Shown here: one piece after another, positions 13,860 to 26,600 of the stretch
How positions within the stretch are numbered: position 1 is the first letter of the stretch
Layout: every line of letters begins with the position of its first letter
NCBI RefSeq assembly: GCF_963921235.1
Contig: NC_086097.1
Coordinates: 240,562,001-240,626,000, forward strand
DNA length: 64,000 bases
Origin: Mobula hypostoma
Taxonomy: Eukaryota
Direction: 5' to 3'
Program-made: the position numbers and the translations under genes
The notes under the pieces: generated by a model
Databases searched by the model: none
Seen by the model: only the letters and a program-made list of their open reading frames with translations
What the model was told of the DNA's origin: nothing

Positions 13860-14280
13860 AGGGTTAAGCGACCTAGGGCTTTGCTCTTTGGAGTGAAGGA
13901 GGATAAGATTTGGCTTGGTAGTGTTGTACAGAATGATAAGAGACATATACAGAGTGGATAGCCTGAATTTTTTTTTCCCCGGCATGGATATGGCTAAGAA
14001 GGGGGACATAATTTTAAAGTGATTGGAGGAAAGTATACTGGGGACATCAAAGGTAAGTTTTTCCACAAAGAGAGAGGTAGGTGCATGGATCGCCTGCCGG
14101 GGTGATGGTAGAAGTAGATACATTCCGGAAACTCTTAGATAGGTGCGTGGATGATAGAAAAATGGAGGGTTATGTGGGAGGAAAGGTTACATTGATCTTA
14201 TAGTAGGTTAATAGTCTGACACAGCATCGTGGGCCAAAGTGCTTGTACTGTGCGGTACTGCTCCATCTTCTTTGCTCTAA
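13860..14280 (+). mobile_element. CR1 3' fragment
   Basis: CR1 ORF2 C-terminal and 3' UTR similarity (gggccaaagtgcttgtactgtgc). Confidence 0.7.
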
Positions 14281-14492
14281 GGTCGGGCAGTATTGGATTC
14301 AACCATTTAATTATATATGCTTAGTGAGTAATGGGGTGGAATGGAGCCTCTGGTTCTGCTGGCTTCCTTCCTTGAACATCCAACCCCATTGAATCTTTGT
14401 GTCTTTTAAACACTTCAACTCGATCAGTGTTCCTCGTCTAAAGTAAATAAAGATTAGAATTTTTAAAACGACTGAGGAAATTTGCTCTGGAT

Positions 14493-14800
14493 GGCAGAGT
14501 GGAGATACCTCTTTCCTAAAGGAAATGTGAGGCACTCCTTCTTTCTGTTAGCCTGCTGGTCACCCTTGGGCAAGGTGCAGCACCCGCTTCACACCGCACC
14601 ACCCCCAATCAGGGTCACATGAAGCCATGGGAGCAGGTGGTGGAGCGGGTCCTATGAGCAACTGGTGCATATCATAAGTCCTGGCTATGCAACCACTGAT
14701 GTCAGGCAGACAATCTCTGAGGAGTATTGATAATGGCTGGGGTCGCCCACTTCTGGAGAAAAAATTGCCAAGAACAATCATGGTTATGGAAAGACCATGA
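14493..14800 (+). mobile_element. Non-autonomous RTE/BovB-tailed element
   Basis: Collinear with the minus-strand copy at 33183-34210. Tail cacttctggagaaaaaattgccaagaacaatcatgg resembles BovB-type 3' ends. Confidence 0.55.
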
Positions 14801-17378
14801 GACCATAAGACATAGGAGGAGTATTAGGCCATCTGGCCCATCAAGAACAATCCGCTACTCACAAGACAAAGATCACAAGACAAAGGAGCAGAAGCAGGCC
14901 ATTTGGCCCATCAAGTCTGCTCCGTCACTCCACCATGAGATAAACTATTCTCCCATCTAGTTCCAATTTCCGGCTTTTTCCCCATATCCCTTGATACCCT
15001 GACTAATTAGATACCTATCAATCTCCTCCTTAAACATCCTCAATGATCAGGCCTCCATAGCTGTATGTGGCAACGAATTCCATAAATCCATGATCCTCTG
15101 GCTAAAAAATTTCTCCTCATCTCCGTTTTAAATGGGTACCCTCTAATTCTAAGACTGTGGTCTCTTGTCCTGGACTCACCCACCAAGGGAAAATCTACTC
15201 TGTTCAACCCTTTCAACATTCGAAATGTTTCTATGAGATCCCCTCTCATTCTTCTATACTCTAATGAATACAGTCCAAGAGCTGACAAACACTCCTCATA
15301 TGTTAGCCCCTGCATTCCAGAAATCATCCTCGTAAATCTTCTCTGAACTCTCTCCAACATCAGTACGTCCTTTCTAAGATAGGGGGCCCAAAACTGCACA
15401 CAGTATTCCAAATGAGGTCTCACTAATGTCCCATAGAGCCTCATCAACACCTCCTTACTCTTATACACTATTCCTCTTGAAATGAATGCCAACATAGCAT
15501 TCACTTTCCTTACTGCTGATCCAACCTGGTAGTTAACCTTTAGGGTATCCTGCACGAGGACACCCAAGTCCCTTTCCACTTCCGATTTTTGAATTTTTTC
15601 CCCATCTAAATAATAATCTGCCTGATTATTTCTTCTTCCAAAAGGTACAACCGTACATTTCTCAGCATTGTATCTCATTTGCCACTTCTTTGCCCACTCT
15701 CCTAAACTGACCAAGTCTCTCTGCAACCTTTCCATTTCTTCAACACTTCCTGCTCCTCCACCTATCTTGGTGTCATCTGCAAACTTAGCCACAAAACCAG
15801 TTAATCCATAATCTAAATCATCTATATATATTGTAAAAAGAAGTGGCCCCAACACCGACCCCTGCGGAACACCACTAGTAACCAGCAACCAATCAGAATA
15901 GGATCCCTTTATTCCCACACTTTGCTTTCTGCCTATCAGCCAATGCTCCACCCATTTCAATATCTTTCCTGTAATTCCATGGGCTCTCATTTTATTAAGC
16001 AGCCTCTTATGCGGCACCTTATCGAAGGCCTTTTGAAAATCCAAATACACAACATCCACAGCCTCTCCCTTATTAATCTTATTTGAGATTACCTCAAAAA
16101 ATTCCAATAGGTTGGTGAGACAGGACCTTCCCTTCATGAAACCATGCTGGCTTGTGCCTATCTTGTCATGCACGTGGAGGTATTTCATAACCTCGTCCTT
16201 GAGGATCGAGTATTCAATCAAGGCTGATTCTTTTTTCTCTTCCTCAACTCCATCTCCCACCCTTCTCTCTGTAACTTTGATGCCATGTCCAAACAAGAAC
16301 CTATCAAGCTCTGCCTTAAATACACCCAACAACCTGGCTTCCACAGCTGCATATGGTAAAAAAATTCCACAAGTTCACCACTCTCTGGCTAAAGAAATTT
16401 CTCTGCATCTCTGTTTTAAATGGATGCCCTTCTGTCCTGAGGCTGTGTCCTCCTGTCCTGGACTCCTCCACCATAGGAAACATCTTTTCCACATCTACTC
16501 TGTCTAGGCCTTTCGACATTCAAAAGGTTTCAATGAAATCCCCCCTCATCCTTCTAAATCAGTGGTCCCCAGCCTCCGGGCCGCGGACCGATACTGGGCC
16601 GCGAAGCATGCAGGGGTGCAGTGGTAGCCGGGATGCACCCAGCACATCTTTAAGAAAAAAGCTGAAATAAACAAGCTGGTTAATTAGGTGCTGCCCGGCA
16701 TGTAAATGTCGGCCCAGATCAGAGGCGATTGCTGATTGCGTAGTGAAATCAGCAATCACCTCTGATCTGGGCCGACATTTACGTGCCGGGCGGCACCTAA
16801 TTAATTAGATTGTTTATTTCGGCTTTTTTCTTAAAGATGTGCTGGGTGCGTCCCGCCTACCACTGCATGCATCGCGGCCCAGTATCGGTCCGCGGCCCGG
16901 AGGTTGGGGACCACTGTTCTAAATTCCAGTGAGTACAGACACACAGAGCCATCAAATGTTCCTCATATGATAACCCTTTCATTCCCTGAATCATCCTTGT
17001 GAACTGCCTCTGTACCCTCTCCAATGCAGGCACATCTTTTCTTGGATGAGGAGTCCATAACTGTTCACAATACTCAAGGTGAGGCCTCACCAGTATCTTA
17101 TAAAGCCTCAGCTCACAACCCTGCTCTTGTATTCTAGACTTCTTGAAATGAATGCTAACATGGCATTTGCCTTCCTCACCACTGACTTTACCTACAACCT
17201 TTAGGGTTCTGCACAAGGACTCCTAAGTTCCCTTGCATCTCAGATTTTAGAAAATAGTCTGATATTTATGAGTCTCCCCGTTTTAGAAAATAGTCTGCAC
17301 ATTTATTTCTACTACCAAAGTGCATGACCATGCATTTTCTATCATTGTCTTTCATTTGCCACTTTCTTGTCCGTTCTG
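14799..17378 (-). mobile_element. CR1 LINE hosting a second CR1 (about 14866-16207) and a MITE
   Basis: The inner copy gives most of ORF 15040-16344 (SQHGF, YLDFQKAFDKVPH, GVPQGSVLGP, KFADDTK). The outer copy continues at 16208-17378. Confidence 0.9.
16560..16916. mobile_element. Palindromic hAT-Charlie-type MITE, 357 bp
   Basis: TIR cagtggtcccc...ggggaccactg. 8-bp TSD ttctaaat at 16552-16559 and 16917-16924. Arms are complementary almost to the centre. Confidence 0.92.
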
Positions 17379-19038
17379 GCAAGTGAAAGGCCATGGATCA
17401 CCCACATAATGAACTAAACAATTAACGTAACAAACAATTAACATCATTGGACTCGTTTCCAGGGAAGATGGATCGGTACAGAAGGGTTGGTTTGCACCAT
17501 GATTGCCCACAGCATACAACATGGCACATAACAAACAAATGAACAATTAATAGCATAATGTGTAAATGTGTAAATTTCCTCTATCTCTTTGACCAACTAA
17601 ACAAGAAAGTGAAAATCCAGGAGGCAATGAGATGATTCAGAGGAGATACCACTATTCAGCCAAATCTCTTTATTTAATGAGAATATGCTTTTCCTTTTAA
17701 TCCGTTATTAAATGCTACATCTGATGCATGCATCCCAGGTAGTAAATGACAGATAATTAACTATTTAATTAACAAGATGATTCTGTTTTCAAATTTGCAT
17801 ATGGAGATCACTTTCTTTTTGAATCAGGCTGATGCAGAGGGAATATGATATCAGTATTCACACTGCTCTCTGACCAGACAGTGTTAAATTGCAACAGTCC
17901 AGGGGGTGTACTGTGCTTTACCTCAAAGCAGAAAGAGTCGGTGGACTCAGCAATCTGCTTCTGCCTTTCAGAGTGGAATCGCATTCACGCGCAGCCAGCT
18001 TCAAGTGGCACCGGGTCACCTTCAGAATTTGTACTCCACACGAAGAATCAGATATGTAACCGAATTGCATAGAATACTGCTTTAATGTGAAACAGCTGCA
18101 AACTCGGGATACATGTAAAAAAGGCAGCTGTGGGAAAAATCCCTGCAATTATACGGACTGAGCTCTAGGTAGATGACAAGTGGCTAAGTCCCCTGCCCCT
18201 CTTTGCAAGACAACTTCAGTAAAAATGATTCTTATTTTGGCAAAAGTGTTTTGGGTGGTGCAACGTTCATTAGATCATTTCCTCAGAAAGATCCAAAAAA
18301 GAAATACCAACCAATTTCAGTTCAAACAATTTTACTCAGATATTCTACCATACATCAGTTCCTATTCCCATAGCTACACAGTTGAGGTTTGGTTCTCCTT
18401 TTTCAAGTAAAACCGAAAGGCCTAGATAGAGTGGAAATAGATAGGTTGTTTCCAATAGTGGGAGAACCTAGGACCAGAGGGTGCAGCCAGCAGAATAGGA
18501 GGACGTCCGTTTAAAACAGAGATGAGGAGAAATTTTGTTCTTTAGCCTGAAGCTGGTGAATCTGTGAAATTCATTGCCACAGACCACTGTGGAGGCCAAG
18601 TTACTGTGTATATTTGAAGCGGAGGTTTATAGTTTCTTGAATAATTAGGGTGTCAAAGATTACAGAGAAAAAGCAAGAGAATGGGGTTGAAAGGGATAAT
18701 AAATCCAGAGAAAGCAGGATCTCCCAGTGGCCACACATTTTAATTCCACATCCCATTCCCATTCTGATATGTCTATCCACGGCCTCCTCTACAGTAAAGA
18801 TGAAGCCACACTCAGGTTGGAGGAATAACACCTTATATTCCGTCTGGGTAGCCTCCAACGTGATGGCATGAACATTGACTTCTCAAACTTCCGCTAAGGC
18901 CCCACCTCCCTCTCGTACCCCATCCGTTATTTATTTATATACACACATTCTTTCTCTCACTCTCCTTTTTCTCCCTCTGTCCCTCTGACTATACCCCTTG
19001 CCCATCCTCTGGGTTTTCCCCCCCTCCCCCTTTTCCTT

Positions 19039-19674
19039 AGACCATAAGACCATAAGACAAAGGAGCAGAAGTCAGCCATTCGGCCCATTGAGTCTGCTCC
19101 ACCATTTTATCATGAGCTGATCCATTCTCCCATTTAGTCCCACTCCCCCGCCTTCTCACCATAACCTTTGAAGCCCTGGCTACTCAGATACCTATCAATC
19201 TCTGCCTTAAATACACCCAATGACTTGGCCTCCACTGCTGCCCGTGGCAACAAATTCCATAGATTCACCACCCTCTGACTAAAAAAATTTCTTCACATTT
19301 CTGTTCTGAATGGGCGCCCTCATGTCCTCTCGTACTAGACTCCCCCAACATGGGAAACAACTTTGCCACATCCACTCTGTCCATGCCTTTCAACATTCGA
19401 AATGTTTCTACGAGGTCTCCCCTCATTCTTCTAAACTCCAAGGAATACAGTCCAAGAGCGGACAAATGTTCCTCATATGTTAACCCTCTCATTCCTGGAA
19501 TCATTCTAATGAATCTTCTCTGTACCCTCTCCAACGTCAGCACATCCTTTCTTAAATAAGGAGACCAAAACTGCCCACAGTACTCCAAGTGACGTCTCAC
19601 CAGCGCCTTATAGAGCCTCAACATCACATCCCTGCTCCTATACTCTATTCCTCTAGAAATGAATACCAAATGAA
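19039..19674 (-). mobile_element. CR1 nested in the PLE pLTR
   Basis: ORF 19265-19753 carries CR1 motifs. (tatggtct)n tail. TSD tttcctt at 19032-19038 and 19675-19681. Confidence 0.88.
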
Positions 19675-19839
19675 TTTCCTTCTCCCTGGGCCTCCTGTCC
19701 CATGATCCTCTCATATGCCTTTTGCCAATCACCTGTCCAGCTCTTGGCTCCATCCCTCCCCCTCCTGTCTTCTCCTATCATTTCAGATCTCCCCCTCCCC
19801 CTCCCACTTTCAAATCTCTTACTAGCTCTTCTTTCAGTT

Positions 19840-19875
19840 AGTCCTGACGAAGGGTCTCGGCCCGAAACATTGACT
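19840..19875 (+). ncRNA. Minimal type I hammerhead ribozyme motif, partly decayed
   Basis: agtc-ctgacga-agggtctcggccc-gaaa-catt-gact. The stem III/cleavage segment cgtc has changed to catt, consistent with CpG decay. Confidence 0.65.
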
Positions 19876-20689
19876 GTACCTCTTCCTAGAGATGCTGCCT
19901 GGCCTGCTGCGTTCACCAGCAACTTTGATGTGTGTCGCATAAATCAGCCATGATGGAATGGCAGAGAAGATTCAATAGGCTGAACAGTCCAATTCTGCTC
20001 CTATGTCTTATGGTCTTATGGAATTACAAATGCAGCCATTTTCAAAGAACCTTATAATACTGCTGCCCTGAAGAAAGCTCTCAGCCCAAAACGTCAACTG
20101 CTTCTTCATTTCCATAGATACTGCCTGACCAGCTTAGTTCCTCCAGCATTTTGTGTGAGTTGCTTTATATCACTGCTGATGCTCCACAGGGCACTTCCTG
20201 GAGAAAGACTCCCTTAAACAAAAAGTGGCTTCTAATTCAGATACAGAGAGACGTTACATTGGTGCAGAGGCTGGAAGCGGTGGGGAGTAGTGGGGAGTGG
20301 ATACCCTTGACCAAAATGGGTCAAGTTTCTAGCTTACAGATCCAATCAGAGTATCTATTTGGGTGCACTAGAACTTCCAGGTCAATGCACTGGAACTTCC
20401 AGGTCAATGCTTCTTTCAGAAGCTTGTTAGACTGTGCACTAAAATAGGTTTCATTAGAAGCTAGCCCAATGCCAACTCTTGAAGTGTTATTCTGATATGA
20501 AAGTTTGCCAATAATAATAACTTTATCAGAACAGTGATGGCAAAAGAATGAGAAAGGAAAACTCAACTGCAGCCAAATTTAAAAAGAGAATGGTGCTGCT
20601 GAAAGCATCATGCCCATTAGGCCTACAAAATAGACGCCCTCTTTGAAGCCATTGATTAATCTGTCACAGGTAGACAAGAATACAGGATT

Positions 20690-20960
20690 ATTGATTTATT
20701 TGTTTGTTGAGATGCAATGCCAAAAGGGCCCTTCTGACCCTTCGAGCTGCACCACCCAGAAACCTCCAATTTAAAGCTGGGACAATCATGGGACAATTTA
20801 CAATGACCAGTTAACCTATCAACAGGTATCCCTTTGGACTGTGAGAGGAAACTAGAGCACTCGGAGGAAACCCACACAGTTGCAGGGAGATTATAAAAAC
20901 TCCTTACAGACAGCAGGCGGGTACTGCAGAGCGTTCTGCTAACCACTATGCTACTGTGCT
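20690..20960 (-). mobile_element. V-domain (HE1-like) SINE
   Basis: Contains ctttggactgtgagaggaaactagagcactcggaggaaacccacac and ends in the tRNA-like head gctaaccactatgctactgtgctgccc. Confidence 0.75.
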
Positions 20961-22075
20961 GCCCTAATACTGCACGTAGTCAATATCATGCATTAAGGCA
21001 GAGCCTAACTGAATGGCAGAGATTAACTTCTTCCTCTATGCCATTAGATTTCTGAATGGACCGTGAGCACTTGAACATTACCTCACATTTCGCTGTTTTT
21101 TTTTTCTGCAAGTGAGGGGTTTGGGGATTGTTATTGTCACTTTTCTTTTACTGTGGGGGAGGGTTGGGGATTTGATGCTATTGTCGCAGTTATTATTTTC
21201 CTGCAGAGGAGGAGGTGGGGGATTTTGGGGTCTGCAAGTTTTATTTCTTTTCTGTTTCGTGCCGGGGGAGAGAGGAAGTTGATGTCTTTTCTCTCATCAG
21301 CCCCATGGTTTTTCTGTATTTTCATGGCTCTCTGGAGAAGGCAAATTTCAGAGTTGTATTGTACATGTATACTTTGACAATGAAAAGAAACTTTGAACCT
21401 TTGAACATTTGAACTTCTTTTTGCACTTTTATATATTTATTGTAAGTCGCAGTATTTTTTGTATTGGACTGTACTGCTGCCACAAAACAACAAATTTTGC
21501 AACATACATACACTCTGTCAGTGATAATAATCCTGATTCTGGTTCTGAGAAGACCCGAGGAGCTGACTTGCCTCTTATTTCTATAGCAAACATGATTGTA
21601 CTATTAGCATTTCTCATCACCTGAAATCATATTCTATTGAGAGTGGAAAGTGTAGTATTTGATAATGTTAGTTCAATAGACAAGCATGAAAAGTTAACTA
21701 TATGAATTTTCAAAAATAAAACAGGAGTGATGTAATTGTAATGGTTTTCAATGATTCAGTAATTCAATTTACCCTTTGCAGAAGTCCACAAAACAAAGAA
21801 TGAATGACAGAAAAACATTAGAACCATGCAAGCGGTAACAAAGCCCCCCAGAGACCACAATCCAGGATCCAAAGAAAACTACTGTCCATCCCAACATTTT
21901 GACATCTCATACAGTCTCACAGTCTCACAGTGTCTCGAGAGAGAGAGAGAGAGATATCATTCCTGTCACAACGAGGTGGGGTGGTGGAACAGCTGGCTGT
22001 TTCAGTTTAAAGTCATAAGATCCAATTACAGTCATGCTTCAAACTTAAAGTATGACTGGTCCAGAAAGTCACCTA

Positions 22076-22697
22076 TGCTCAGTGGCCACTTTATTAGGTA
22101 TACCTGTACATCTGCTCATTAATGCAAATATCTGATCAACCAATCATGTGGCAGCAACTCAATGCATAAAAGCATGCAGACATGGTCAAGAGGTTCTGTT
22201 GTTCAGACGATGCATCAGAATGGGGAAGAAGTGTGATCTAAGTGACTTTGACTGTTGATTAATTGTTGGTGCCAGACAGGGTAGTTTGAGTATCTCAGAA
22301 ACTGCTGATCACCTGGAATTTTTACTCAAAACATTCTCTAGAGCAAGGACTCCCAACTTTTTCTTATGCCACAGAGACCTATCATTAACCAAAGGTTGGG
22401 AACTCCAACTCTAGAGATCACAAAGATTGGTGCAAAAAAACAAAAAAAAAGTGATCGCAGTTCTGTGGGCGAAAAGGCCTTGTTAATGAGGGAGGTCAGA
22501 TTGGTTCCAGCTGACAGGAAGGTGGTAGTAACTCAAATGACCATGCATTATAACAGTGCTGTGCAGAAGAGCATCTCTGAATGCACCACACATCAAACCT
22601 CGAAGTGGATGGGTTACAGCAGCAGTAGACCATGAACATGCAATCAGCGGCCACTTTATTAGGTGCAGGAGGTACCAAATATAGTGGCCACTGAGCG
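22076..22697 (+). mobile_element. Non-autonomous Tc1 transposon with truncated transposase N-terminus
   Basis: TIRs tgctcagtggccactttattaggta and taccaaatatagtggccactgagcg, flanked by TA. Encodes MGKKCDLSDFD..IVGAR..SISETAD and ADRKVVVTQMT..QKSISECTT..MGYSSSRP. Confidence 0.88.
22344..22408. mobile_element. 65-bp hAT-Charlie-type MITE inside the Tc1
   Basis: TSD ctctagag at 22336-22343 and 22409-22416. Decayed TIRs caaggactcccaact / ggttgggaactccaa. Confidence 0.75.
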
Positions 22698-23676
22698 TAT
22701 GTCATTATTCATTTATACTTACTAAACTAATAACTCAGCTTTACTTTAATCTATCAATTAGCCTGTAATTCTACTAATAGTTTACATATTTTGAAGTTGT
22801 TCAGTGACTCTGATCATCATGTTTTCTAAATTGGCTACCTTCCAGCTTTTCCTTCTTCACTTGTTCTCCATTGTTGTACCAATGAAGCTGGCTGTAAACT
22901 GCATGCCAGCAGTCAATGTGCTATGCTGCAGGTTCTTTCAAGTGGCGCTACAATGAGGCGGATCCTGAGGAGACACCGTGGGGAGCCATAAAGCAAGAGA
23001 GGTGTGGGAGAAATATAGCCAAGTACAAGCAAATTACTTTCTTGGCATAACCTCTCTCACAGAGCTGGCAAAACAGCTGTTAATACACTTCCAAATGTGT
23101 TTTAAATTCTACTAACCTTCCCAACAGAGTTGCAGCTCGATAAAGCCATGGTTAGACCACAGTCGGAAAATTGTGTATATAGTGCAAGTTAATAGGTTGT
23201 TAAGAAGGTGTATGGTGTGTCGGCCTCCATTTGCTGGGGGAATTGAGTTCAAGAGTCACAAGGTAATGTTGCAGCTCTTTCGAACACTGGTTAGACTGCA
23301 CTTAGAATTGTGTCTTCGTTTCTGGTTGCCTCATTATTGGAAGGATGTGGAAGAGGGCGCAGAGGAAGGTTACCTGGAGGCTGCCCGGATTATAGAGCAT
23401 GTTTTCTGAGAATAGGTTTAACAAGCTAGGGCTTTCCAGAATCAGAAACAGGTTTAGTACGTCCAGCATATGTCAAAAAATATTACGACAACAGTACAAT
23501 GAAATACATAAGTATAGAGAAAAAAAACTGAGTTGCATTAAATATATATCTATCTATTAAATAGTTAAATTAAAATAAATAGTACACAAAAATAGAAATA
23601 GAGAAATAGCGAGGTAGTGCTCAAGAGTTCAAAGTCCATTTAGAAATTGGATGGCAGAAGGGAAGAAGCTTTTCCT

Positions 23677-26600
23677 GAATTGAATTAACTTTATTACTTA
23701 CATCCTTCATATACATGAGGAGTAAAAATCTGTATGTTACGTCTCCGTATAAATGTGCAAAATGCAATTTATAGTAGTTTATAATAAATATTATGTACAA
23801 CAGGGTAATCAATATAATGTGGAAATACAGTTGTGCCAGTCTGATGGCCCGGTGGAAGAAGCTGTCCCGGAGCCTGTTGGTCCTGGCTTTAATGCTGTGG
23901 TACCGTTTCCCAGATGGTAGCAGCTAGAATAGATTGTGATTGGGGTGACTCAGGTCCCCAATGATCCTTTGGGCCCTTTTTACACACCTGTCCTTGTAAA
24001 TGTCCTGAATAATGGGAAGTTCACATCTACAGATGCACCGGGCTGTCCACACCGCTCTCGGCAGAGTCCTGCGATTGAGGGAGGTACAGTCCCCATACCA
24101 GGCAGTGATGCAGCCAGTCGGATGCTCTCAGTTGTGCCCCAAAAGAAAGTGCTTCAGATTTGGGGCCCATACCAAACTTCTTCAACCATCTGAGGTGAAA
24201 GAGGCGCATTGCACTTTTTTCACCACACAGCCGGTATGTACAGACCACGTGAGATCCTTGGTAATGTGTATGCCGAGGAACTTAAAGCTGTTCACCCTCT
24301 CAACCCCAGATCCACTGATGTCAATAGGGGTTAGCCTGTCTCCATTCCTCCTGTAGTCCACAACCAGCTCCTTTGTTTTTGAGACATTGTGGGAGAGGCT
24401 ATTCACTTGACACCACTGTGTCAGGGTGATGACTTTTTCTCTATAGGCTGCCTCCACCTTCACCATTGTTTTGGGAGACTTTAACCAGGTCAGTCTGAAA
24501 AAATCACTAAGCAATTATCATCAACAGATCACTTGTAATACCAGAGGAAACAATACACTGGACCATTGCTACACCACCATCAAGAATGCCTACCGTGCTA
24601 TTCCACGCCCTCACCTCGGGAAGTCTGATCACCTGGCTGTACTTCTACTCCCTGAGTATAGGCAGAGACTGAAGACTGCAGCACCAGTAGTGAGGACCAA
24701 GAAGGTATGGACACGGAAAACACAGGAGCGTCTACAGGACTGCTTTGAGTCAGTAGACTGGACTATTCAGGAATTCATCTTCAAACCTGGATGAGTATGC
24801 TGCAGTTGTTACCGACTGCATTAAAACCTGTGTGGATGAGTGTGTGCCTACAAATAGTCACTGTGCATTCCCAAATCAAAAGACATGGATGAACCAGGAG
24901 GTATGTCGTCTGCTGAAGGCTAGATTTGTGGCATTCAAGTCTGGCGACCAGGCCTGTACCAGAAAATCAGATATGATTTGCGGAGGGCTATTTCAAGGGC
25001 AAAGAGACAATTTCAAACAAGGTTGGAGGCGACATCGGATGCACGGCAACTCTGGCAGGGTCTGAAAGACATTACTTCCTACAAAGAGAAACCCAATAGC
25101 ATGAATGGCAGCAATGCTTCACTACCAGATGAACTCAACACCTTTTATACCTGCTTTGAAAGGGATAACACAACCTCAGCGGTGAAGATCCCTGCTGTAC
25201 CTGATGACCATCTGATCTCTGTCTCAGAGGCTGATGTTAGACTGTCTTTAAAGAGAGTGAACCTTGGCAAGGCAGAAGGTCCCGATGTAGTACTGGTGAG
25301 GCTGTGAAAACCTGTGCCAACCAACTAGAGGCAGTATTCAAGGACATTTTCAACCTCTCACTGCTATGGGCAGAAGTGCCCACTTGCTTCAAAAAGGCAA
25401 CAGTTATACCAGTGCCTAAGAAGAATAATATGAGCTGCCTTAATGACTATCACCCAGTAGCACTCACATCTACAGTGATGAAATGCTTTGAGTAATTAGT
25501 TATGAATAGACTGAACTCCTGCCTCAGCAAGGACCTGGACCCATTGCAATTTGCCTATCACCACAATAGATCAACGGCAGACACAATCTCAATGGCTCTC
25601 CACATGGCTTTAGACCACCTGGACAACACAAACACCTACGTCAGGATGCTGTTCATCGACTATAGCACAGCATTTAATACCATCATTCCCACAATCCTGA
25701 TCGAGAAGTTGCAGAACCTGGGCCTCTGTACCTCCCCCTGGAATTGGGTCCTCGACTTCCTAACCAGAAGACCACAGTCTGTGTGAATTGGTGATAACAT
25801 CTCCTCCCTGCTGACAATCAACACTGGCGTACCTCAGGGGTGTGTGCTTAGCCCACTATTCAAGTCTCTATCTACACATAAATGCATGAATAGGCATAGC
25901 TCAAATACCATCTATAAATTTGCTGATGATACAACCATTGTTGGTAGAATCTCAGGTGGTGATGAGAGGCCGTACAGGACTGAGATATGCCAGCTAGTGG
26001 ATTGGTGCCACAGCAACAACCTGGCACTCAGCATCAGTAAGACGAAAGAGCTGATTGTGGACTTCCGGAAGGGTAAGACGAAGGAACACATACCAATCCT
26101 CACAGAGGGATCAGAAGTGGAGAGAGTGAACAGTTTCAAGTTCCTGGGTGTCAAGATCTCTGAGGATCTAACCTGGTCCCAACATATCGATGCAGTTATA
26201 AAGAAGGCAAGACAGCGACAACATTAGGAGTTTGAAGAGATTTGGTATGTCAACAAATACACTCAAAAACTTCTATAGCTATACCATGGAAAGCATTCTG
26301 ACAGGCTACAACACTGTCTGGTACGGCGGGGGGGAGGGGGCGTGGCTACTGCACAGGACTAAAAGAGGCTGCAGAGGGTTGTAAATTTAGTTAGCTCCAT
26401 CTTGGGTAGAAGTCTACAAAGTACCCAGGACACCTTCAACGGGTGGTGTCTCAGAAAGGCAGCGTCCATTACTAAGGACCTCCAGCACCCATCTCACCAT
26501 CAGGTAGGAAATACAGAAGCCTGAAGGCACACACTCAGCGATTCAGGAACAGCTTCATCCCCTCTGCCGTCCGATTCCTAAATGGACATTGAACCTTTGG

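Larger units (their letters stand above)
18706..19938 (+). mobile_element. Penelope-like element: GIY-YIG endonuclease C-terminus plus pLTR
   Basis: 18708-18897 translates as RKQDLPVATHFNSTSHSHSDMSIHGLLYSKDEATLRLEE*HLIFRLGSLQRDGMNIDFSNFR*. A pyrimidine-rich pLTR with a hammerhead motif follows. 7-bp TSD. Confidence 0.85.
18413..20021 (+). mobile_element. CR1 3' fragment split by a PLE
   Basis: 3' UTR gataataaatc|...|agccatgatggaatgg is rejoined across TSD ataaatc (18699-18705, 19939-19945). Confidence 0.8.

Noticed and set aside
15040..16344. 434-aa ORF as an intact gene
   Set aside because: It is a chance read-through from the host CR1 3' end into a nested, 5'-truncated CR1 RT and has no endonuclease domain.
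20371..20410. Direct repeat gaacttccaggtcaatgc x2
   Set aside because: A simple local tandem duplication with no further structure.
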